From the NCBI RefSeq assembly GCF_900232105.1, contig NZ_LT934425.1, positions 2,610,001-2,642,000 of the forward strand: a stretch of DNA of 32,000 bases, read 5' to 3'. The translations under genes were made by a program, and so were the position numbers. Below the pieces are notes generated by a model. That model ran no database searches and was not told where the DNA came from. It saw only the letters and a program-made list of their open reading frames with translations. The DNA comes from Candidatus Kuenenia stuttgartensis (GTDB lineage: Bacteria > Planctomycetota > Brocadiia > Brocadiales > Brocadiaceae). Shown here one piece after another: positions 16,894 through 25,433 of the stretch (its first letter is position 1; the number at the start of each line of letters is the position of its first letter).

Positions 16894-19800
16894 ATGGATA
16901 AACAACAGGCAAAACAAATTATTCAGGAGACATTTGAGAACCCTTTTGATAAGGGCAGGTTTACCCTATTCATCAAAAATCTTCTGAACCATATTGAAGA
17001 AAACCGCATTCCTCCACGTCATGGTCAATTCATTCCTGACGCTTACAAGCCATACATCAGCAGTCTGGCGCGAATCGGCAAATTCAATGACAATGAAAAC
17101 AGGGTTGATATCCTTATCATAAAACTTCAGAAAGAGACCTCCCTTGAACGCGCCCGCACCATGCAGCGAAACTTTGTTGCCGGGTATTTACAGGGCAAAT
17201 ACGGTAGTTCAAATGAAAAAGAAGCTGCACTGGTTGCCTTTGTATCCCCGGATTCGGCAGACTGGCGTTTTTCACTGGTTAAGATGGACTATAAGTTTGA
17301 ACAGACTCAAGCCGGCAGAATGAAGGTAAAAGAAGAGTTTACACCTGCACGCCGATGGTCATTCCTGGTAGGCGCAAACGAAACCAGCCACACCGCCCAG
17401 AGCAGGCTGGTTAATATGTTGGCAAATGATGAGCATAACCCAACCCTTAAAGAACTGGAACAGGCATTTGATATTGAAACCGTAACCGAAGAATTTTTCC
17501 GAGAATACCGTGGGCTTTTTATCCGTACAAAAGAAGAACTGGACAAAATAGTAGAGACAGGTTTCAAACCTGTCTCTACCAGCCTGAAAAAGGAATTTGA
17601 ATCTAAAGGAGTTGATACCGTAAACTTTGCAAAAAAACTATTGGGCCAGATTGTATTTCTCTATTTTTTACAGAAAAAAGGCTGGTTCGGTGTAGCCCGC
17701 GAAGCCGAATGGGGCACAGGCTCTAAACACTTTTTGCGAGAGCTTTTTGAAAAAAGGCACGGCGACTATAAAAATTTCTTTAATGACATTCTGGAACCAC
17801 TCTTTTACGAAGCCTTGCGTAACGACCGCAGTCATGATGATCACTATTACAGCCAGTTTAACTGCAAAATCCCCTTCTTAAACGGTGGTCTTTTTGATCC
17901 CATTGGCAACAATGGCGGATACAACTGGGTACATAACGATATCTGTCTGCCGGACAGCCTATTCTCTAATAAAAATAAAACCAAAGAAGGCGATGAGGGT
18001 AATGGTATTCTGGATATTTTTGACCGTTACAATTTTACTGTTAGAGAAGATGAACCACTGGAAAAAGAGGTTGCCATTGATCCTGAACTTCTGGGCAAGG
18101 CGTATGAAAAGTTTAATGCAGTCCGTCCTGACAACTTTGAGGAATATGAAAAAGCGTTAAAGAGCGGTAAAAAAGGTGAAGAAAGCAAATTCAACAAGCA
18201 ATATGGCGTTTATTACACACCCCGTGAGATTGTCCACTATATGTGCCAGCAGAGCCTGATCAATTACTTGCACACAGAATTGATCGCTTCCAACCCTGAC
18301 AGGGTTCCAAACCCTGTCAGGGTTAAAGATATCGAAACCCTGATACACTTCGGCGAGCAGGTTAGCGAAAATGAAGAAATAGCATTGATCAAAGAACAAA
18401 TAATCTTAGAGGGTAAACAGAAATCTTCTGATTACAAATCAAAACTACCCGAAAGCATACGCAAGAATGCCGTATTAATTGATCAGAAACTGGCGGACAT
18501 CACCGTCTGCGACCCGGCAGTTGGCTCAGGCGCCTTTCCCGTTGGTATGATGAGCGAAATTGTAAAGGCGAGAAATGCGCTAGCACCCTTTATTGTAACT
18601 CAAGCTTCCCTATCTGCGTGTGTAGACGCACAGGCAGGCAGCTTGAGCCCAGGAACCCTGTCAGGGTTAAGGTTAGATACGCCAAGAACAACCTATGATT
18701 TCAAACGGCAATGCATCGAAAAATCTCTTTACGGCGTGGATATTGACCCCGGCGCGGTAGAAATTGCAAAACTTCGGCTGTGGCTATCGCTTGTTGTGGA
18801 TGAAGATGACATAAAAACCATCAAACCGCTACCCAATCTGGATTATAGAATTATGCAAGGCAACAGTCTGATTGAGATTCTAAACAACGAATTTTTTGAT
18901 GTGGCATTTAATCAAGAGAAGAAGGCACTTATAGAGCAACTTAAAAAAGCAAAGGACGAACTTTTTGCAATTTCAACTCCTTCATTAAAAGATGCAAAGC
19001 GAAAAGAAATTGAGGCATTGATTGCCAAAATTATTGAGCATGACAAAAAGGCAGCAATAGAAAAAATAAATTTAGAAATTCGTAGTAAGAAGGAACAAGG
19101 CAAGTTGTTTAATGATAAAATAATAGAAGAAGTAAATAGTAAGAGGATATTAGAATTAGAGGGAAAAATTCAAAAAATAAAAGACCTTAAAATCCCAGGA
19201 CCATCAGAACATTTTGAATGGCATCTTAATTTTGTCGAGGTTTTTCTCGAAAAAGGAAGATTTGATATTGTGATTGCAAATCCACCTTATTTACGCATTC
19301 AAGAAATCCAGAAAAATACTCCGGAACTAGCTGGAAAACTTAAGGATTGTTACTTATCAGCATCAGGCAGCTTCGATATTTATGCCTGTTTTGTTGAATT
19401 GGGAATAAGGTTAATGCATGATAGCGGTAACATTGCTTATATATTACCGCACAAGTTTTTCCAGGCATCTTTTGGGAAGAACCTACGAAAATTAATTTCC
19501 TCACAAAAGCTTTTACGAAAAATTGTAGATTTCGGTAGTAGTCAGGTATTTGAATCAGCAACAACATATACGTGCCTTCTGTTTTTATCTTCTCAAAATA
19601 AGAATTTCAAGTTTGCGGAACTGAAACCAAATACAAAATTAGACGATTTAAATGATGTATTTGCGTCTATAAATAGCAATAATGACTTGCGTTCAGAAAA
19701 TGTAGATGTTGCAATCATATCAAATAATACTGTGACAGAAAAAGAATGGCACTTTTCTGCAAGTAGTGCTGGAAATATCCTGTCCAAATTGAAGCAACAG

Positions 19801-20628
19801 CCAAGAACACTTGCTGATATTTGTGAAAAGATTTTTGTCGGTTTGCAAACAAGTGCTGACAAAATATATTTTCTTGAGCATATCTCAGAGAAGGATGGTG
19901 TGATAAATGCCTTTTCTAAGTCGCTCGATCGGGAAATCTCTATTGAAAAAGAAATTGTTAAACCATTATTAAAAGGTGCGGATGTTCATCGTTATTCAAA
20001 GTTACAGCCTAAAATATGGTGTATTTTCCCGTATGAACTGAAGAATAATAAGGTATTCCTTTATTCACAGAAAGAGATAAAGAGAAAATTCCCTTTAGCA
20101 TGGAAATATTTACTAGAGAATAAGAATGAACTAGAAAATAGAGAGCATGGGAGATTTAAAAAAAATTGGTGGTGTTTCAGTAGACCGCAAAATTTAACAG
20201 AATTTGAAAAGATGAAGATTCTTACACCAGATATTGCTTCAAATTGTCAAATGACAATTGATGATAAAGGTCTTTACCATACAACAACAGTGTACAGTTT
20301 TGTTTTTAAAGAAAACGGTAAAGAATCATCGAAATATTTCTTAGCCTTATTGAATTCAAAGTTATTGTGGTACTTTTTAACAACAACTGGTTCTGTTCTT
20401 CGCGGAGGCTTTTTTAGATTTAAAACAAACTATTTATTGCCTTTCCCCATCCCGAAAGAGCTTTCACAAAGCGAGCAAAAGCCTTTTATTGCCGTTGTTG
20501 ATCAAATCCTCATCACTAAAAAGAAAGACCCAAGCACCGACACGTCAGCGATGGAAAGGCAGATTGACCAAATGGTTTACAAACTCTACGACCTCACGCC
20601 GGAGGAGATTGCGATCGTTGAAGGGTAA
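16894..20628 (+). CDS. N6-adenine DNA methyltransferase, Eco57I-like / type IIG-like, with C-terminal specificity region
   Basis: 'YGVYYTPREIVHYMCQQS', 'ITVCDPAVGSGAFPVGMMSEI', 'SLYGVDIDPGAVEIAKLRLWLSL', 'FDIVIANPPYLRIQE' (NPPY); C-terminal 'QIDQMVYKLYDLTPEEIAIVEG'. 1244 aa. Confidence 0.93.
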   Translation: MDKQQAKQIIQETFENPFDKGRFTLFIKNLLNHIEENRIPPRHGQFIPDAYKPYISSLARIGKFNDNENRVDILIIKLQKETSLERARTMQRNFVAGYLQGKYGSSNEKEAALVAFVSPDSADWRFSLVKMDYKFEQTQAGRMKVKEEFTPARRWSFLVGANETSHTAQSRLVNMLANDEHNPTLKELEQAFDIETVTEEFFREYRGLFIRTKEELDKIVETGFKPVSTSLKKEFESKGVDTVNFAKKLLGQIVFLYFLQKKGWFGVAREAEWGTGSKHFLRELFEKRHGDYKNFFNDILEPLFYEALRNDRSHDDHYYSQFNCKIPFLNGGLFDPIGNNGGYNWVHNDICLPDSLFSNKNKTKEGDEGNGILDIFDRYNFTVREDEPLEKEVAIDPELLGKAYEKFNAVRPDNFEEYEKALKSGKKGEESKFNKQYGVYYTPREIVHYMCQQSLINYLHTELIASNPDRVPNPVRVKDIETLIHFGEQVSENEEIALIKEQIILEGKQKSSDYKSKLPESIRKNAVLIDQKLADITVCDPAVGSGAFPVGMMSEIVKARNALAPFIVTQASLSACVDAQAGSLSPGTLSGLRLDTPRTTYDFKRQCIEKSLYGVDIDPGAVEIAKLRLWLSLVVDEDDIKTIKPLPNLDYRIMQGNSLIEILNNEFFDVAFNQEKKALIEQLKKAKDELFAISTPSLKDAKRKEIEALIAKIIEHDKKAAIEKINLEIRSKKEQGKLFNDKIIEEVNSKRILELEGKIQKIKDLKIPGPSEHFEWHLNFVEVFLEKGRFDIVIANPPYLRIQEIQKNTPELAGKLKDCYLSASGSFDIYACFVELGIRLMHDSGNIAYILPHKFFQASFGKNLRKLISSQKLLRKIVDFGSSQVFESATTYTCLLFLSSQNKNFKFAELKPNTKLDDLNDVFASINSNNDLRSENVDVAIISNNTVTEKEWHFSASSAGNILSKLKQQPRTLADICEKIFVGLQTSADKIYFLEHISEKDGVINAFSKSLDREISIEKEIVKPLLKGADVHRYSKLQPKIWCIFPYELKNNKVFLYSQKEIKRKFPLAWKYLLENKNELENREHGRFKKNWWCFSRPQNLTEFEKMKILTPDIASNCQMTIDDKGLYHTTTVYSFVFKENGKESSKYFLALLNSKLLWYFLTTTGSVLRGGFFRFKTNYLLPFPIPKELSQSEQKPFIAVVDQILITKKKDPSTDTSAMERQIDQMVYKLYDLTPEEIAIVEG
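17551..17579. repeat. 29-bp palindrome GTAGAGACAGGTTTCAAACCTGTCTCTAC inside the methylase coding region
   Basis: 14-bp perfect arms with 1-nt centre; encodes VETGFKPVST. Confidence 0.95.
18292..18324. repeat. 33-bp double palindrome inserted in-frame in the methylase gene
   Basis: AACCCTGACAGGGTT-CCA-AACCCTGTCAGGGTT; encodes NPDRVPNPVRV. Confidence 0.95.
18599..18668. repeat. Composite insertion in the methylase gene: imperfect hairpin CTCAAGCT...AGCTTGAG plus half palindrome AACCCTGTCAGGGTT
   Basis: Hairpin 18599-18647, 15-mer at 18654-18668; encodes the atypical segment TQASLSACVDAQAGSLSPGTLSGLRL between conserved blocks. Confidence 0.75.
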
Positions 20629-20668
20629 AAGATGAACAAAAAAAGGAACTATTACATCTCCTAAAGAT

Positions 20669-22366
20669 ATGAATAAAATACTTGATAAATTACATCACAT
20701 GTCTAAAATTCCCAGGCATGGTACAGACTGTTATAAGCAATGGCTTGAACAGAAAGATTTTTTGCAGTTTCTTTTAGATACAAGCCATGGAGATATTCCT
20801 TTATATGTCTCTTATAAAGAAAGCTATATTTATTCTGTATTTCTACCGCAAAACTGTCTGCGGGGGAATTATATTGACGATTTAATGAATTGGAACTGCT
20901 TCCCTGACAGTTCATGGGGATACAGTTATTCTTATGGTAAAAAGGAAAGGGCAATAGATATTTCTCTTTTGCATCCTTTCGATTCTTCCGGGTCAAAATT
21001 ATTAAAGAATGCAACCCCTATAACTTTTCTAAGGAGTTTTGAAGGCAGAATAGGGCAAAAAAGTTATATAGAGGTTCTTCAATTGTTTACCCATCTTAAT
21101 GGTTTGCACTTTGTAGAAGAAAAGAATGCCTATTGTCGCTTAAATGAAGATGGAGATATTGAAGAAATTATTAAAATTCATCATACACCGGATGATATTT
21201 TAGTTACCATTAAACAAGATGTACTGGATCATCATTTGTTTCTATCTAACTCAGTATTGTTACGACTTTTTGACAGAACTCTTTGCAATAACTGGATAAA
21301 ATCTAGCGCAGAAACCCGGAATAAATCTAATTTTTCTGATAAAAAGAATAAAATATATGCTCGACAAGGTATTGCGTATGATAAAGAATGTCTGCCCACT
21401 GCGGGCTGGCTGAGAGGATTTCAAATCATACGAAATTATCAGCCACGCAAAAAGATGATAAAGATTTTAACCGATGGACATTCAAAACCTCAAAAGTATG
21501 AAGAGTTTATTGCCCATGATTGGAAGCGTAAGAAAATTGCGTCTTTTTCCTGTGACCCCAAAAAACTGGACAATTATTTTGTTGAATCAGATAAACCTTT
21601 TGAGACATCTCCTGTGTTTTTTAAACCAGATGTCCTTTTAAAGTATAAACAGAATCCAGAAAAATATACTCTCGAACAACGAAGTATACATTGTAGGGAG
21701 AGTTGGAGTTTAAAAACATACGATATTAACGAAGCGGGCCAAGTCCATACCTATTTGATTTACTTGGGAGATCTTCCGCATTCAGAACAACTTCATTGGA
21801 AGTCTTATAATGAGAAACCAAAGGCTAAAATATCCAGGAGAGCTTTTACAACAGATTTCATGGGGAAGTGTGATTTATCGTATGAGCCTTTATCTGCATT
21901 AAAAAAAGCTCTAAAAGATTTAGAGGAAGAAAAACCAGATTTATGGTCATGTTCAGATGGAAAACTAAATCAGCAACTCCACTATCCGGTTACTGATTCA
22001 CTGAAAGAATGGATAGACGAAATTCATACATTGGATAAGCTTGTAGTTGAAGGGCTTAAAAAACCGTATTTAAGGAATATAGCGATATCATTGAATTGTT
22101 ATGACAATAAAGTGGGCACTATAAAACTACTAAAAAAGATTCTTGAGACAAAAGAAATTGATAGTCATGAAATCAACGAAATCATATCCCCTTTGGAAGA
22201 TATTCATTTTTTGAGAACAAAGTTAGCTGGGCATAGCTCTGGAAAAGAAGCAGATAAAATCAGAAAAGATCTAATTGCAAAGCATGGAGACCTAAGAAAG
22301 CATTTTCGCAACCTTGTTGAAAAAACTGATAAAAGCATAAAAGGGATGAAACGAATCCAACTATAA
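20669..22366 (+). CDS. Uncharacterised 565-aa protein, third gene of the helicase/methylase operon; possible C-terminal HEPN-like domain
   Basis: 40 bp downstream of the methylase on the same strand; C-terminus 'DIHFLRTKLAGHSSGKEADKIRKDLIAKHGDLRKHFRNLVEKT' with RX5H. Confidence 0.75.
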   Translation: MNKILDKLHHMSKIPRHGTDCYKQWLEQKDFLQFLLDTSHGDIPLYVSYKESYIYSVFLPQNCLRGNYIDDLMNWNCFPDSSWGYSYSYGKKERAIDISLLHPFDSSGSKLLKNATPITFLRSFEGRIGQKSYIEVLQLFTHLNGLHFVEEKNAYCRLNEDGDIEEIIKIHHTPDDILVTIKQDVLDHHLFLSNSVLLRLFDRTLCNNWIKSSAETRNKSNFSDKKNKIYARQGIAYDKECLPTAGWLRGFQIIRNYQPRKKMIKILTDGHSKPQKYEEFIAHDWKRKKIASFSCDPKKLDNYFVESDKPFETSPVFFKPDVLLKYKQNPEKYTLEQRSIHCRESWSLKTYDINEAGQVHTYLIYLGDLPHSEQLHWKSYNEKPKAKISRRAFTTDFMGKCDLSYEPLSALKKALKDLEEEKPDLWSCSDGKLNQQLHYPVTDSLKEWIDEIHTLDKLVVEGLKKPYLRNIAISLNCYDNKVGTIKLLKKILETKEIDSHEINEIISPLEDIHFLRTKLAGHSSGKEADKIRKDLIAKHGDLRKHFRNLVEKTDKSIKGMKRIQL

Positions 22367-22401
22367 GCGTACGACAAGGGAATCGAATCTTTCCATAGTC
22401 A

Positions 22402-22707
22402 CACCTTGATTAGTGATTATAATGTTGAGTATTCATAACTGTTTTAAGTTTTTTTTGGCGCATCTTTGCTATCATGAAAGAGGATTATCTGCAAAACATG
22501 AACAAACAAGCCCCGCTAGACAGGCATGTCCGTTATCTAACAAAGCAAACCAATATGCCTGCCTGAGCGAGGATGTTCACAGACATGTCCACGATTTGAA
22601 AAACACATTGACCCCATTAGATGTTTACTATCTAACGGGGCTGTCCAAATGGTTTACAAACTCTACGACCTCACGCCAGAGGAGATTGTGATTGTGGAGG
22701 GAAAATA
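22402..22707 (+). repeat. Direct-repeat module copy A, ending with a copy of the methylase 3' end
   Basis: 22402-22512 matches 24387.. and 25434..; 22648-22679 CAAATGGTTTACAAACTCTACGACCTCACGCC is identical to 20569-20600. Confidence 0.85.
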
Positions 22708-22714
22708 AACAGGA

Positions 22715-22930
22715 TTGATTTATCATATCTATTGTGACGAAAGCAGGCAGTCGAAAGATCGCTTTATGGTAATAGGCGGCGCAATTATTCCATCGGATAA
22801 TGTAGAGCCGTTTAATAAAACGATGCAGAAATACCGAAATGAACAAAAGATGTTTTCAGAGCTAAAATGGTCAAAAGTAACCAATCAGAAACTTACCGAA
22901 TACAAAGGTTTAATAAATAATATAAATTGA
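22715..22930 (+). pseudogene. N-terminal fragment of a DUF3800-type protein
   Basis: 'IYHIYCDESRQSKDRFMVIGGAIIPSDNVEPFNKTMQKYRNE...ELKWSKVTNQKLTEYKGLIN', truncated. Confidence 0.65.
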
Positions 22931-22980
22931 TATAATGCTTATATCTTATTCTATCATTGCTTGAAAGAGGATGTATTTAA

Positions 22981-23178
22981 ATGCGGGAATTGAAAGTGCC
23001 CGTATCGGCAGATGAAATTATAGAAGCGGTGAAAAAGATGAAAAAAAGCGACAGGGAGGCTTTTGTTGAGGATCTACTGGCTATAACTTCTCCTGAGTAT
23101 TTACAGAGCATTAAAGAAGCAAGGGCAGGCTACAAGACAGGCAAGACAAAATCCCATAAAGAGATTTTTGGAAAATGA
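22981..23178 (+). CDS. Putative antitoxin partner of the downstream RelE/ParE-like toxin
   Basis: 65 aa; stop overlaps the start of the next ORF. Confidence 0.65.
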   Translation: MRELKVPVSADEIIEAVKKMKKSDREAFVEDLLAITSPEYLQSIKEARAGYKTGKTKSHKEIFGK

Positions 23179-23429
23179 ACTATAACCTTGTTTATACTTA
23201 CAGGGCAGAGAGGGACATAAAGAAACTGGATTCTTCGATAAAAAACCGTATCGGGAATGCCCTTTTAAAACTTCGGGATAATCCCTTATTATATTCTGAA
23301 AAACTGAGTGACCCTGCACTTGGGACATACAAATTCAGGATGGGAGATTACAGGGTAATCTTTGATATTGAAGGCAGCGAGTTGTTATTCTCAGAATTGG
23401 CCATAGAAGGGAAATTTATAAAAGATTGA
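23175..23429 (+). CDS. RelE/ParE-family toxin
   Basis: 'YTYRAERDIKKLDSSIKNRIGNALLKLRDNPLL...LGTYKFRMGDYRVIFDI'. Confidence 0.87.
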   Translation: MNYNLVYTYRAERDIKKLDSSIKNRIGNALLKLRDNPLLYSEKLSDPALGTYKFRMGDYRVIFDIEGSELLFSELAIEGKFIKD

Positions 23430-23699
23430 TATAACCCTTAGCTCCCACTCAATCCATCCTTGCCAAAACCTTCCGCGGCGAACGCTGGGAGTGATTAAAG
23501 GGAAGAATCATTCAAAATGACAAGTTATATTTGAAGGGAAAAGTTCAAAGGCGAATCTTTTCTATCAAGAAAGACGAGTATTACTTGCAAAACATGGATA
23601 AGCAATTTGAGAAAACAGTTAGTGGGTTTGTTATAATATAATAAGAAAAGTAATTAGAGTACTGAGCGTACGTTTTAAAATAGAAAGGAATTACGTAAA

Positions 23700-23927
23700 A
23701 TGAATACGGCAATTGAGAGAATAGCGATTGATCCAAAGATATGCAGTGGAAAACCCTGTATTAAAGGCACAAGAATACCAGTACATATAATACTTGACCT
23801 TCTTGCCGCTGGAGAAGATTTTGATGGTATAAAAAAGGCATATCCCAATATTACGGATAAAGATATTAGGGCATGCCTGAATTATGCAGCAGTTCTTGCT
23901 GATGAAGAAGCCGGGGTTACGGCGTGA
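23700..23927 (+). CDS. DUF433-family antitoxin
   Basis: 'IERIAIDPKICSGKPCIKGTRIPVHIILDLLAAGEDFDGIKKAYPNITDKDIRACLNYAA'. Confidence 0.9.
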   Translation: MNTAIERIAIDPKICSGKPCIKGTRIPVHIILDLLAAGEDFDGIKKAYPNITDKDIRACLNYAAVLADEEAGVTA

Positions 23928-24287
23928 AGATTTTTGCCAATGAAAACCTCTTTGAGCCAATTATTGATTATTTAAGGTCTTTAGGGAATGATGTGCTGAG
24001 TATCAGAGACTGCGGTCTTTCCGGTATTTCTGATGATGAGGTATATGAGATGGCGTGCAAGGAAAACAGGGTCATTATTACCATGGACAAAGACTTCACA
24101 AGAATATTCAGATTTCCTCTCCAAAGATGCGGGGGGAATTGTTGTTGCTAAAATTTATAAAAGACCTGTTGATGAGACGCTCACAATATTCAGAAAATAT
24201 TATCAGTCTATCAAGGCGGAGGACGTAAAAGAAAATCTGGTTATTATTACCCCGGAAGGTGTACGGATAAGAAGGTCAGCAAGATGA
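23924..24287 (+). pseudogene. DUF5615-family (PIN-like) toxin, frameshifted near 24115-24122
   Basis: MKIFANENLFEPIIDYLRSLGNDVLSIRDCGLSGISDDEVYEMACKENRVIITMDKDFTRIFRFP | SKDAGGIVVAKIYKRPVDETLTIFRKYYQSIKAEDVKENLVIITPEGVRIRRSAR in another frame. Confidence 0.8.
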
Positions 24288-24386
24288 CGAACGACTTCCA
24301 ATTCTCCCTTACTCTTGTTACCCAAACCCCTGCTGTAAAAGAATAACATTTCTTTTTATCCCGCTTTGATAAACCAGGGGGGGCGT

Positions 24387-24618
24387 GCCTTGATCAGAGA
24401 TTATAATGTTGAGTATTCATGACTGTTTTAAGTTTTTCTGCGCATATTTGCTCTCATGAAAAGAGGATTATCTGCAAAACATGGACAAGCAAGCCAAAGT
24501 CCGCGATTTGGAATGCCAGAGTAATACCAGATGTTTACCGTCTAACGGGGTTGACAAGATTGTCTACAACCTTTACGACCTCGCGCCGGAGGAGGCTGAG
24601 ATTGTGGAGGGGAAAAAG
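24387..24618 (+). repeat. Direct-repeat module copy B with a diverged copy of the methylase C-terminal coding segment
   Basis: Includes ORF text MDKQAKVRDLECQSNTRCLPSNGVDKIVYNLYDLAPEEAEIVEG. Confidence 0.85.
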
Positions 24619-24728
24619 GGGAAGAATGGGAATAAACAGAGCATACTGTATAAATATTTCATCGAAGTAATGCCATGTGCCGCCTTGCAGAAAATGTTTG
24701 GTTTTGAAGTACATCGGAAGGAAAGAAT

Positions 24729-25232
24729 ATGTATTATTTTGAGATACTGGAAGGATTGTATAAGAGAGATGTCAGATATCTCATCGTAGGCGGATTGTCC
24801 GTCAATCTCTATGGTGTTCCACGGGTAACCCAGGACATAGACATCGTTATTGCTATGAGTAAAGAAAATATTCTTAAGACAACCTCCCTATTGAAAAAAT
24901 TGGGCTATATTCCTCGCCTGCCCGTAAATCCCGAAGACCTTGCAAACCCCGAGAATGTAAAAGACTGGATAGAAACTAAAAACCTTAAGGCGTTTAGTTT
25001 CTATCATAAAAAAGATAATTATAAGGTTGTTGATATTGTGCTTGTTCATCCATTGGATTTCGAAAAATCGTTTATAAACAGAACAATCAAAAAGGCAATG
25101 GATATAGACATTTATCTGGCATCAATAGATGATATAATAAAGATGAAAGAATTTAGCGGAAGAAGTCAGGATTTAAGTGATATTGCAATGCTCAGGAAAG
25201 TAAGGAAATATCTGGAGGAAGAGAATGGATAA
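24729..25232 (+). CDS. Nucleotidyltransferase-fold protein (MNT/AbiEii-like)
   Basis: 'YLIVGGLSVNLYGVPRVTQDIDIVIAMS' GG...DxD motif; 167 aa. Confidence 0.8.
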   Translation: MYYFEILEGLYKRDVRYLIVGGLSVNLYGVPRVTQDIDIVIAMSKENILKTTSLLKKLGYIPRLPVNPEDLANPENVKDWIETKNLKAFSFYHKKDNYKVVDIVLVHPLDFEKSFINRTIKKAMDIDIYLASIDDIIKMKEFSGRSQDLSDIAMLRKVRKYLEEENG

Positions 25233-25395
25233 GGGATTTATGTATACACTTGAAGATGAAAAAATAATGGAATATATGAAATTATCCACAGAGGAAAAAT
25301 TAAAATGGCTGGACGAAATCAACGAGTTTAACAAAATAGTATTAAGTGAACGCGAGAAGGGGTTAAGGGAGAAATTAAGAAAATGCGAAATATAA
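25225..25395 (+). CDS. Small 56-aa partner protein overlapping the nucleotidyltransferase stop
   Basis: MDKGFMYTLEDEKIMEYMKLSTEEKLKWLDEINEFNKIVLSEREKGLREKLRKCEI*; GAGAATGGATAA start/stop overlap. Confidence 0.65.
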   Translation: MDKGFMYTLEDEKIMEYMKLSTEEKLKWLDEINEFNKIVLSEREKGLREKLRKCEI

Positions 25396-25433
25396 TAAAT
25401 AAGATGGTAAAATGTAGGAGGGGAATGGGGTCG

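Noticed and set aside
18157-18399. Minus-strand 80-aa ORF in the methylase containing 'FNPDRVWNPVRVG'
   Set aside because: Generated by reading the palindrome on the opposite strand; a consequence of the element's symmetry.
24419-24789. ORFs of 83 and 102 aa in repeat copy B as real genes
   Set aside because: They consist of repeat sequence plus a methylase-tail relic and run into the 5' region of the nucleotidyltransferase; treated as repeat content.
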